From a bacterium (GTDB taxonomy: Bacteria > Electryoneota > Electryoneia > Electryoneales > Electryoneaceae): a stretch of DNA of 64,000 nt. Where the stretch lies: contig CAXXKJ010000002.1 of assembly GCA_963675295.2 (NCBI GenBank), forward strand, positions 3,808,001 to 3,872,000. The letters run 5' to 3'. The notes under the pieces are model-generated. The model did no database searches, was not told where the DNA came from, and saw only the letters and a list, made by a program, of their open reading frames with translations. Shown piece after piece: positions 47,368-56,266 of the stretch; positions within the stretch are counted from its first letter, which is position 1; the number at the start of each line of letters is the position of its first letter. The position numbers and the translations under genes are program-made.

Positions 47368-47832
47368 ATGAACACGATCACCTGCACCACGGAAATCGAG
47401 GCTCCACGCGAACAGGTTTTCGACCTGATCCAGGACGAAAGCAAGGTCGGCCTCTGGATGGAGGGCGTGGAACAGCTCGTGTTTCAGGAAAATGAGAAGC
47501 AGGTCGGCGTACATTTCACGCAGCATGTCCGCGAGGGCCGTCACCTGCACAGCTACTCCGGCGAAATCATCCAGTACGATCCCCCGCGCGAATTCGGCAT
47601 CTGGGTCGGCAATGAAGCCTTCATGATGCAGGCGCTGTACTCCCTCGAGGATTCCGGCAACGGCTGCACCCTCACTTACGAAGCGCGCATCATCCAGGCG
47701 AACTGGTTCGTCGGCCTGCTCGCCGGCCTGTTCAAGTACATGACCAAACGCCTGCTCCACCGTCACATGGCCAACCTCAAGCAGCTCGCGGAAAACGGAT
47801 TCGTCGAAGAGTCCGTCCCCGCCTTGTCCTGA
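47368..47832 (+). CDS. SRPBCC/START family protein
   Basis: TEIEAPREQVFDLI.D....WM, YDPPR, C-terminal helix NLKQLAE. Confidence 0.8.
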   Translation: MNTITCTTEIEAPREQVFDLIQDESKVGLWMEGVEQLVFQENEKQVGVHFTQHVREGRHLHSYSGEIIQYDPPREFGIWVGNEAFMMQALYSLEDSGNGCTLTYEARIIQANWFVGLLAGLFKYMTKRLLHRHMANLKQLAENGFVEESVPALS

Positions 47833-47861
47833 TCTCACACGCCCCGGTTGACATCTCACAT

Positions 47862-47896
47862 GTGCCCCGGATGGCTCCGCCAGCCGGGATTATCCG
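47862..47896 (+). repeat. REP-like 35-bp element (copy of 44840..44874)
   Basis: GTGCCCCGGATGGCTCCGCCAGCCGGGATTATCCG. Confidence 0.7.
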
Positions 47897-47972
47897 AGGC
47901 TCAAGTATCCGGACCGCGTTGCCCGGCATGGTGCCGTTGCCATCTCGGTTTTCATGGATTCGCCACTAACCC

Positions 47973-49604
47973 TCACCTCGCACGGTTCACCCGCCTGACT
48001 CGCGGCTGCCACGCGTCAACACTCGCCGTCGTATCGGTCACGCCGAGCATACGGAACATCTCCGCACGATCCGTCGCCAGTTCTTCATCGGACGGAATCG
48101 GCGTCGCGACCAGTTCCCGCTGTTGATGCACCGGCGCAAAGTGGCGGTCGGGCGGGGGTTCGCCGCCCTCGACCATCACCGTGAACCACGCTTCATAGTC
48201 GTACAGCGGGAAATCTCCGACACGCAGCAGCAGGTTGTGCGGACCGTTGTGGGCGGTCGCGGGCACGGTCAACGTGACATCCGCGCTGACCGAATCGCCG
48301 CCTGCCACGGTGACGTCGTCCCAGCGACGCAAGGAGTTGGTAATGTTGTAGTTCGGGCCGCGTGCCTGCACCCAGATGTCGGTGCTTTGGTCGTCGGCGA
48401 GCGTGTTGCGGACCGTCCCGGTCCAGGTGAAGGGCTGGCCGGCCTGAACCGTGATCGTGTCAGCGCCGGCGTCGGCACTCAGCACCCACGGCGGTGTCCA
48501 CGAGTCCAGCCGCGCTAGGAAGGCGTGTTTGATGATGTCCGGGTAGTTGACATTGCGCACCGTTGAGCCGAAGACGGGACTCTCGCCGGGCAGCATCGCG
48601 AGCATGGGCTCGAAACCGCCAATATGCTGCGGATTGAACCCGATGAGCCTTTGATACAGCATCTCGCCGTTGGCATTCAAACGCCCGACAGCGCAGTATT
48701 CAATCCCGATGGTGCAGACGAAGTAGCCTCCATCCTTCGCTGGCAATACATCTGCATAGTACAGGTTCGGGGTGGACCAGGCAGCGCGCACGGTCCACTT
48801 GACATCACCGTTGTTCTGAATGCGTACCAGGTTGAGCGTGTCGCCATTGGTGGTGAAAAATGGTCCGCCGAGCGTGAAACCCCCATCCGGGTGATGCATG
48901 GCGCGATTCGTTGAGTAGGGGACTCTGCCGTCCGGATCCCATTGCAGGTATCGCAGGATCTCACCGTCCTGATCGATTTCAGCCAGCATCATCCAAGTTT
49001 CTTCCTCGCTGGTCGTCCAGGATGGCCGGCCGGAACCAGCGACGAACATCCCCCCCTGGTTGGTATGAAAGATGCCGTCCGGCAGATGACTTCCCTCGTA
49101 CTCGGGATAATCCCAGTAAAACTCCTCGACACCAGGTTCGGCAATACCCCGGATTGCAAAATTGCCAACATCCAGACTCTGGTCAAAACCCGCGAGTGCG
49201 TATACTCCCGATGATATTTCGAGAATTGCGTGTGTCCAGAAGTCAACGGGTTCATCATTGCCATTTGGAAATGTCCAGTTCCAGCTTAGATCACGATATC
49301 TTTTCCGATGATCAACATTTGGGGAAGTGCAAAAAAAGCCATTATCCAGTGTTTGGAGTTCCGTTAACTGCGCGCTGGATCCTGTGTTAACGACTTCGCC
49401 ATTCTCATCGTATTCGCGGGAACCCGTGCCTGAGCCCTCGACCAGAAACGTTCCTTCTCGGGTGGTAAACATATTTTCTACGATCATGTACGAGGAATCG
49501 GTCAAGTACATCTGCCAGATCACTTCCGGCGGTGGCTGCGCGATCACGCTCAGGACGGGGAGGAACAGCAATGCGGCGGTCAGGAAAGAATGTCTCATGG
49601 TCAT
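47973..49604 (-). CDS. Secreted diverged beta-propeller-like protein with a C-terminal Ig-like domain
   Basis: Signal peptide ending QPPPEVIW; DGGF/DGGY and G...W blade motifs; Ig-like FTWTGTVRN...DIWV...VPATA..G. Confidence 0.8.
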   Translation of the reverse strand: MTMRHSFLTAALLFLPVLSVIAQPPPEVIWQMYLTDSSYMIVENMFTTREGTFLVEGSGTGSREYDENGEVVNTGSSAQLTELQTLDNGFFCTSPNVDHRKRYRDLSWNWTFPNGNDEPVDFWTHAILEISSGVYALAGFDQSLDVGNFAIRGIAEPGVEEFYWDYPEYEGSHLPDGIFHTNQGGMFVAGSGRPSWTTSEEETWMMLAEIDQDGEILRYLQWDPDGRVPYSTNRAMHHPDGGFTLGGPFFTTNGDTLNLVRIQNNGDVKWTVRAAWSTPNLYYADVLPAKDGGYFVCTIGIEYCAVGRLNANGEMLYQRLIGFNPQHIGGFEPMLAMLPGESPVFGSTVRNVNYPDIIKHAFLARLDSWTPPWVLSADAGADTITVQAGQPFTWTGTVRNTLADDQSTDIWVQARGPNYNITNSLRRWDDVTVAGGDSVSADVTLTVPATAHNGPHNLLLRVGDFPLYDYEAWFTVMVEGGEPPPDRHFAPVHQQRELVATPIPSDEELATDRAEMFRMLGVTDTTASVDAWQPRVRRVNRAR

Positions 49605-49774
49605 GCCCTCGGCTGATTGATCTGTAATATACGGTCATTGCACGGCGATGCAACGGATTTCACGGTAACGCGACGGTTATCACGACTGCGCTGCGGAATT
49701 TGTAGACCCGAACCCGTATGCTTCAGACGATCCTTGCTCGGATTACAGCACACGACAACGCGGCTCATCCACCC

Positions 49775-49817
49775 TTGACAACGCGAGTCCTGTTTCGTAC
49801 TATTGAACATTCGTTCA
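49775..49817 (+). promoter_or_regulatory. Consensus sigma70 promoter with an overlapping TGAAC-N4-GTTCA operator
   Basis: TTGACA(49775)-17 nt-TACTAT(49798), immediately followed by TGAACATTCGTTCA (49804-49817). Confidence 0.7.
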
Positions 49818-49984
49818 CGATCAGAACGGATGCCTTCACCCACCACCGCCGTTTCACGTCATGCCACCTTCGCATTCCACACTGCCGAATCTGTCAAACC
49901 GATACCGCCCGTGGTTTCATCTCCACAGACTGGTTCGTCTGGCGTGCGCCCTGGTTTCACGGTTGCGGCGGCGAACTCTGCGTT

Positions 49985-50185
49985 TCCCGACCCCGACGGG
50001 GTGGCATCCCGAGCCCAGAGCCCAGAGCCCGAGGCCCGCTTCACCGCTCACCCCGAAGGGGTGGCATCTGACTAGCTCCGGGTGTCAACCCGGGGAGACG
50101 GATCATCCCCCCTCCCCCGCTGCACCGCCCACTCCAACGGGGTGGCATCCCGAGCCCAGAGCCCAGAGCCCCGAGCCCGCTTCAC
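49985..50185. repeat. REP-like cluster with heptamer tails
   Basis: CCCCGA(C/A)GGGGTGGCAT at 49991 and 50051, variant at 50132; hairpin CCGGGTGTCAACCCGG; (CCCAGAG)n. Confidence 0.8.
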
Positions 50186-50187
50186 TA

Positions 50188-50430
50188 CCCACCGGCCAAC
50201 CGGTCCCACCGGAACTCCTCGACGAATACGGCCGTCTCAAACGTCCCAAACCCAAACCCCGCAAACGGTACAAGCCGGGTCATGGTCCAGGCGGACCCGG
50301 CGGCGGCTGGAACCGGGGCCTGAAACACACCCTCAAACCCGACCGCGGCCGGTTGATTTACCCCGAACTGATCTGGCGTGAGAACCACGGCTACCGATCC
50401 GCGTACGCCGGCTTTGTCCGCTACAACCAT
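50188..50430 (+). pseudogene. Coding-like remnant with no separate start or stop
   Basis: Host-like C-ending codons encoding PPELLDEYGRLKRPKPKPRKRYKPG...WNRGLKH...; preceded by REP insertions; the frame runs on out of frame into the next gene. Confidence 0.4.
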
Positions 50431-50539
50431 ACCCCCACGGTCTCCGCCACATCGAGCTTGCACGCTTCCCCGCATCGCCCCATCTTCCCGCCATGCGAAC
50501 AGGTTGCTTCGACATTGCCCCATCCGGCACGGACCGTCC

Positions 50540-51583
50540 ATGGACCTGCTGACCGGAATTCCGGCCTTCGCCGCCGTGCTCGCGGCGGGCGTGGTGCTCG
50601 CGCTGTGGACAGCGTGGTTCGCGTCCCGCGTGCGCCGCTGGGCGTTGCAGGAGAATCTGCTGGACGTGCCCAACGAACGGTCCGGCCACACGAAAGCGGT
50701 GCCACGTGTCGGCGGGCTGTCGATCGTGCTCACCGTCCTGCTCGGGCTGCTCGCCTTCGGGCTGCTGATCCCGCTGGAGACGCCGTGGTTCTGGATTCTC
50801 TACGTCAGCGGCACGTTGATCATCGGCGCCGGGCTGATCGACGACCTGGCGCACCTCTCCGCCCGCACCCGCTTCATCATTCACATCGTCGCGGCAGTGG
50901 TGATCGTCTTGTGGATCGGCAACGAGCTGACCATCGTCTTTCCCCGCGCGGTGAATGTGACCGGTCCGGTGGCGTTGATCGGGATCGTGGTGTTCGTCGT
51001 CTGGAACATCAACGCGTACAACTTCATGGACGGGATCGACGGCCTCGCGGCGGCGCAGGCGGTGGTCGTCGGGCTGGTACTCGGTGGAATCGCGTGGTTC
51101 AACGGGAACGCGCCGCTCGCGCTGACCTGGCTGCTGGTGGCGTCCGCCTCGGCCGGATTCCTGCGTTGGAACTGGATGCCGGCGAAGATCTTCATGGGCG
51201 ACCTCTGCAGCGGCTTTCTCGGGATTACGTTCGCCGTTCTTGCGTTGTGGGGCAAGCTGACGGAAACCGTGCCGACCACCGCGTTTCTCATCCTGATGGC
51301 GATTTTCTACACCGATCCGGCCCTGACCGTTCTCTTCCGTCTCTTCGCCGGGAAGAACATTTTCCAGGCTCACCGCGACTTCGGCTTCCACCACGCGGTG
51401 CGCAAAGGCTACAGCCACGGCCGGGTCACAACCGCGATTCTGCTGATCGAAGTCCTGTACCTCACCCCGCTTGCGATCACCGCGACGGTACTCGCGTCCA
51501 CCTGGTCGCTGCTCACCTTGGCGGCCGCCTACCTCCCCACAATCGCGCTCGCTCTGTACTGGAAGGCCGGGCGCGAAATGTGA
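50540..51583 (+). CDS. MraY/WecA-like glycosyltransferase family 4 (polyprenyl-phosphate HexNAc-1-P transferase)
   Basis: DVPNERSGH...PRVGG, GLIDD, NAYNFMDGIDG, PAKIFMGD, QAHR. Confidence 0.92.
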   Translation: MDLLTGIPAFAAVLAAGVVLALWTAWFASRVRRWALQENLLDVPNERSGHTKAVPRVGGLSIVLTVLLGLLAFGLLIPLETPWFWILYVSGTLIIGAGLIDDLAHLSARTRFIIHIVAAVVIVLWIGNELTIVFPRAVNVTGPVALIGIVVFVVWNINAYNFMDGIDGLAAAQAVVVGLVLGGIAWFNGNAPLALTWLLVASASAGFLRWNWMPAKIFMGDLCSGFLGITFAVLALWGKLTETVPTTAFLILMAIFYTDPALTVLFRLFAGKNIFQAHRDFGFHHAVRKGYSHGRVTTAILLIEVLYLTPLAITATVLASTWSLLTLAAAYLPTIALALYWKAGREM

Positions 51584-51862
51584 CTCCGCTCACTCACTTT
51601 TTTGCTGCTTTACGCTACCTTTTAGCGTTTCAGCATTGCATACTAGCCGAGGTACAAGGGGAGAACCTGATTCGTTTCTTGCACGGCACTCATGGTTCTG
51701 CAATCTGAGACCGTTTACTTGGCGCGGAACGGATTACACAGGGTGATCGCATGATTTTGTCGATGGCGTTTCGTCGTCTGGTCAATTTCCTTTTCCGGAT
51801 TGATCCGCTTCCCAACTGATGGGTCACGACGGCGAAGCACGGGAATAGGTTGTACTTCAGAG

Positions 51863-51894
51863 CGAACCGCCCGGCCAGCAGGCCGGGCGGTTCG
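51863..51894. terminator. Terminator hairpin downstream of hsp20
   Basis: CGAACCGCCCGGCC-agca-GGCCGGGCGGTTCG. Confidence 0.75.
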
Positions 51895-51947
51895 TGGTTT
51901 CGGTCAGGCGTGGTCAGCACCTGAATTGGGTGTGGGTCAGATCCGGA

Positions 51948-52388
51948 TCAGGAACCCTGAATCGCGATCTTCTTCGGCTTCTTCTGTTCCGCTTTCGGCA
52001 GGCTGAGGCTCAGCACACCGTCCTTGAACGAAGCCTTGATTTTATCCGTGTTCACGGAGTTGTTGAGGCGGAAGCTGCGGACGAAACGGCCATGGGCGCG
52101 TTCCATCACACGGACGGCATCCTTCGAATCCTCCCGTTCCAGCTTCCGTTCACCGCTGATCCGCAGTTCACCGTCCTCGAGGGTGATATCGATATCATCC
52201 CGTTTCATACCGGGGAGATCGGCGGTCAGCGTATACTCGTTGTCGCTCTCGAGGATATCGACACGGGGCGACCAGACGGTCTGCACGACTTCATCGTTCT
52301 CTTCGTTCCACATCCGCTTCCACAGTTCATCGAACACGTTATCGGTGCGGAACATCGAGTGCATCGGGGTCCAACGTACGAGGCTCAT
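51948..52388 (-). CDS. Hsp20/alpha-crystallin small heat shock protein
   Basis: WSPRVDI.E, ADLPG, ISGER, ER..G.F.RSF.L, A.FKDGVL...LPK; GAGGAGG RBS. Confidence 0.95.
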   Translation of the reverse strand: MSLVRWTPMHSMFRTDNVFDELWKRMWNEENDEVVQTVWSPRVDILESDNEYTLTADLPGMKRDDIDITLEDGELRISGERKLEREDSKDAVRVMERAHGRFVRSFRLNNSVNTDKIKASFKDGVLSLSLPKAEQKKPKKIAIQGS

Positions 52389-52484
52389 GGTTCGTCCTCC
52401 TCTTTTTGTGTTGTTTGTTGATCTCTGTTTTCGGTCGCGGCGGCGGTGTGTTCACGCCAGGCGTCGCAACTCGCGAAGTTGAAA

Positions 52485-52500
52485 TGCAACGGCTGTGCCA
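52485..52500 (-). promoter_or_regulatory. Sigma54 promoter of hsp20
   Basis: Minus strand TGGCACAGCCGTTGCA = TGGCAC-N5-TTGCA. Confidence 0.8.
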
Positions 52501-53049
52501 ATTCGAGTAGTGACAGGATAAAGTCCAGTTATGGAAACAAGATCGGCGTCTCCGACTTAGAGACGGCAGGGCATATGAGTCCCTGCGCCGTCAATTGTAT
52601 GCCACTTTTGCAGGCATCGGCTTGCCGAATTGACAGCCTCAATTCAAACAATAATCGAGTAACCCGGGGAGTTGATTCTCTCTGGGCCTCAACCCCCGGG
52701 CGTTGCCTCTCCCGAGTTCTTCACTGGTTGCGGCCATTTTTCGCTGAAGTCGGTTCAGGCAAGGTGTTTGGAGCGAGCTAAGAATCGGCCGGGAGCCGCT
52801 GCCGGTGTGTCATCCGTCACTTTCTCGCCAACATTCGCTGCGTAGACTGAGGCAGTTGGAACGCCCTTCCAGGCATGGGCAGCAGCGGTCTCCTCCCGTT
52901 TGCTGAGTGTGGTTTAAGGCACATGAGTCTTAGTTGGAACAAAGTATCTTGTTGTACGTGCAATATCCGAAAAGTTCTCATGAAGAGTGTAAGATTTACA
53001 TATTAGGCAGTAAGAATAAACAGCTTAAATCAAGAGTTGCGAACACGAG

Positions 53050-54579
53050 ATGGACATGCGACAGCACAAGACGACACAGCTTACCGGCACGCGCTCACAG
53101 ACCGGACCTCCGGCGGAGGGTTCTCCCTCCTCCCGTCCGGATTCTGTCGCGGAACTTGACCAGATTTTCAGCGAACCCTATCGCGCGATATTTGAAGCGA
53201 CAGGCAACGCAACAATCATCGCCGACGCAGACACCACGATACGGCTGGCAAACCGGCGTTTCCTGGAGCTGAGCGGCCTGAACCGGGAAGATGTGGAGAA
53301 CGCCTGCAGCTACCTGGATTTCGTAGATCCGTCCGATGTTGATCGGATCACCGGGTATCATAACGCCCGGCGTGAATCTGAAGACGGCATCCCCACCGAG
53401 TACGACTTCACCTTCCTTGGCAAGGACAAGAAGCGGCTGCGTGCTCATTTGACGGTCCAGATGATTCCGGGCACGAAGCTCAGTGTTGTCAGCATTGCGG
53501 ACCTGAGCCGGGTAGAAGAAACTCGTCACCGTCTCAACCAGAGCGAGCAACGCTACAGTACCGTGGCAGAGTACGCTCATGAAATCCTGCTGGTGATGGA
53601 GCCGGACGGCACGATTACGTTTGCGAATCCCGCGGCGTACAAGGCGGCCGGGATCGAAGCGTTGCAGGAACGGTGGGAGAATGTTTACGGCTGGATAAAG
53701 CCCGGCGACCACGAAACGTTCAAACAAACGTTGCAGCAGCGTGTGGACGACGATGCCGAAGCGGAAATCATTGAAGTCGAGATGTGTACTGAAGCCGGTG
53801 GGCTGAGGCCTGTTGAGGTTTCGGTCGTCGCGGTTCCACGTCACTGGCGCGAGCCTGAGTTCCTGGTCATCGCGCGTGATATCACTCGGCAGAAGGAGAT
53901 GATGAACCGGTTGCGGGAAGGGTATGATCATCTCGAGCAGGTGATCGAGTCCGCGAACGCGTTCATTGCTTTTTTCGATCATGACGCCCGATTCACGTTG
54001 ATCAATCAGCGTTTTGCCGATGCGTTGAACCGTCCCCAGAGCGATCTCATGGGACAGCACCCGGCTGGGTTGCTGTCTGAACCGATGGCGAGCTCCGTCG
54101 ATCGGCGGTTGAAGAAAGCCATGCGTGGCAAGCAGGTTTCGTTTGAAGAGAAGATGGAATTCCCGGGCATCGGAAAGCCGCGCTGGTACAACGGTACCTA
54201 CAACCCGATTTTCGACGAACAGGGCAAGCTGCATGGCTTTGTCATGATCATGCTGGATATCACCGCTCAGAAGGAAGCGAGCGAGACACGGCTCGAGCGT
54301 GAACGGCTGGAAATCGCCCGCAAATTGGCGCGGACCGTCGCGCACGAGTTCCGGCAGCCATTGACCGCGCTGCGGTTGATCTCGGAAATCGCGATGATGA
54401 ACAACCGGGATGAAGCTTTCCTACTGCGCAATTTCGACAAGATTCCGGACCTGGTGGACCGCCTGGACGATCTTGTCTCCCGGTTGCTGTTGATCACCGG
54501 CCTGCAGTCGAAACCGTACCTGCAGAATACGGAAATCCTGGATCTCAAGGCTTCCGTCGACCAGGCCAATATCAACTGA
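53050..54579 (+). CDS. Triple-PAS protein with a HisKA (DHp) domain but no HATPase
   Basis: Three PAS/PAC units (LANRRF, FANPAA...ARDIT, LINQRF...LDIT); H-box VAHEFRQPL; protein ends about 75 aa after the His. Confidence 0.85.
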   Translation: MDMRQHKTTQLTGTRSQTGPPAEGSPSSRPDSVAELDQIFSEPYRAIFEATGNATIIADADTTIRLANRRFLELSGLNREDVENACSYLDFVDPSDVDRITGYHNARRESEDGIPTEYDFTFLGKDKKRLRAHLTVQMIPGTKLSVVSIADLSRVEETRHRLNQSEQRYSTVAEYAHEILLVMEPDGTITFANPAAYKAAGIEALQERWENVYGWIKPGDHETFKQTLQQRVDDDAEAEIIEVEMCTEAGGLRPVEVSVVAVPRHWREPEFLVIARDITRQKEMMNRLREGYDHLEQVIESANAFIAFFDHDARFTLINQRFADALNRPQSDLMGQHPAGLLSEPMASSVDRRLKKAMRGKQVSFEEKMEFPGIGKPRWYNGTYNPIFDEQGKLHGFVMIMLDITAQKEASETRLERERLEIARKLARTVAHEFRQPLTALRLISEIAMMNNRDEAFLLRNFDKIPDLVDRLDDLVSRLLLITGLQSKPYLQNTEILDLKASVDQANIN

Positions 54580-54611
54580 CCGCCCGGGACCCAGGTTTAC
54601 TGTTGCCCTTC

Positions 54612-54641
54612 GCCCGTGAGACGAATCGTTTCACGGGCTTT
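54612..54641 (+). terminator. Intrinsic terminator
   Basis: GCCCGTGAGACGA-a-TCGTTTCACGGGC followed by TTT. Confidence 0.65.
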
Positions 54642-54782
54642 CTCATAATATCTGTCTCCGGTATTGTTGCTAAATTGAGTTCTCGTTCGCATTTAGACTG
54701 GCGCGGGGGCCTGTTCTCATCTATGTTATATACAATCACTCAGTGAACACGGTGTTCGCGGTACGCAATCGAAGGAGGATGT

Positions 54783-56000
54783 ATGAAATTGTCTGTGAGA
54801 TTCTTTCGCCCTGCTCTCTTGTTGTATTCCCTGTTGTTTGTTCTGACCTCAACCGCGTTTGCCATCGATCCACCTCAGATTCGCTGGTATCACACCTACG
54901 GCCGCGAGTTCAAGGAAGACGCCCGCATGGTGGTCTCTGACCGGGCCGGGGGATATGTCGCTGCCGGGATGAGCAGCCCGGAAGACACGACCGACGCGAG
55001 CATCTATCTGGTACATGTGGACGGTGTCGGCGAAATCATCTGGGAGCGGTTCTACAATTACGGCTCGCAGACGAAAGCGAAAGACATCAAACGGTTTCCT
55101 GGTGACGGGTATCTGGTAACGGGATACCGTCTGAACAACGACGGGACGGGAATGGATGGTCTCGTGATGCGGCTTAACAATCAGGGCCACCTGATCTGGG
55201 ATTTCATCCTGGAAGGTCCTCGTGATGATGTCGCCTGGCGTTCGTTCCGAGTGGAAGATGGCTACATCACGGTCGGTATTACCGAAAGCACGCCCGGCGA
55301 GCAGAAGGACGCATTCGTCCTGCGACTCAACGAAGACGGCGAGCAGGTGTGGATGCAAACGTTCGGCTCTGAACGGGTCGAACGCGCGACATCGGCGGTG
55401 CTGCTACCCGATGAAGGGCTAGTGCTGGCGGGGTTGACACGAAACAATCCGACCGGCAACGACGACGGCTGGATGTTGCGGATCGATGCTGCCGGTAACA
55501 TCCTTTGGTGGCGACAGTATGGCGGCGAGGAAGATGACGAATTCCACTGGGTCGAGCAGACGGGAGATGGTGGATTCATCCTCTGCGGACGATCAAAATC
55601 CTATCGTCCACCCACCGTAGACTACAACACATGGCTGGTGAAAACCGACGCCGAAGGCAATGAGATATGGAACAACGTTTATGGGCCGTCGTCAGTGTCC
55701 GACTGGGCACAGATGGTACAGATCATTCCGGATGGCTACATCATGACCGGGTCCGCATACTCGGGTGATAATGGCTTCCAGATCGCGCTTGTCCGTGTCA
55801 ATGAGGACGGTGAGCTGGTCTATTTCAGCGGTCGCGGATTTGAAGGCTATGACATCGGGTACGCCATCCGTGTCACACCGGACGGCGGCTACATCATCGC
55901 AGGCAAGATGCTGATGCCGGGGCAGGACTATAACGATCTGATCATCGGACGGACCCGACCGGATGTGACGTTGCCGCGCAACAAGAATATTTTCAAGTAG
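54783..56000 (+). CDS. Secreted beta-propeller protein (W...YGG..D / DGG(F/Y)I..G repeats)
   Basis: GGAGG RBS; signal peptide; about seven blade repeats; no Por tail. Confidence 0.85.
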   Translation: MKLSVRFFRPALLLYSLLFVLTSTAFAIDPPQIRWYHTYGREFKEDARMVVSDRAGGYVAAGMSSPEDTTDASIYLVHVDGVGEIIWERFYNYGSQTKAKDIKRFPGDGYLVTGYRLNNDGTGMDGLVMRLNNQGHLIWDFILEGPRDDVAWRSFRVEDGYITVGITESTPGEQKDAFVLRLNEDGEQVWMQTFGSERVERATSAVLLPDEGLVLAGLTRNNPTGNDDGWMLRIDAAGNILWWRQYGGEEDDEFHWVEQTGDGGFILCGRSKSYRPPTVDYNTWLVKTDAEGNEIWNNVYGPSSVSDWAQMVQIIPDGYIMTGSAYSGDNGFQIALVRVNEDGELVYFSGRGFEGYDIGYAIRVTPDGGYIIAGKMLMPGQDYNDLIIGRTRPDVTLPRNKNIFK

Positions 56001-56266
56001 CAACGGGTGGATTTGAGCAGGTCCAGATGAGGTCTCTCCACGAATTCGAGGCAATAGCCTTGAGATTCAGCTAAAACTGACAATTAAGGTGTTAAGAACT
56101 CCTAACTTCTGTTTGTAGTTCGCTGCCAGTTGGTTATGGCAGTGGGCTATTTTGTCTAACTCTGAACTATAGCAAACGTTGCACAATTTGTTTGCTCTGT
56201 TGCAGGTGGCCAGGGTACGCTGTACGTAATCGGCCAGCTGGAATGAACAATCTCAAGGAGTTGTCT

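Noticed and set aside
49861-51708. 615-aa ORF as a real gene
   Set aside because: It reads through REP repeats and overlaps the WecA-like gene out of frame for more than 1 kb; only about 50188-50430 looks coding.
51690-51820. Two overlapping 20-22-aa plus-strand micro-ORFs
   Set aside because: Too short, with a weak RBS and no motif; cannot be supported from sequence alone.
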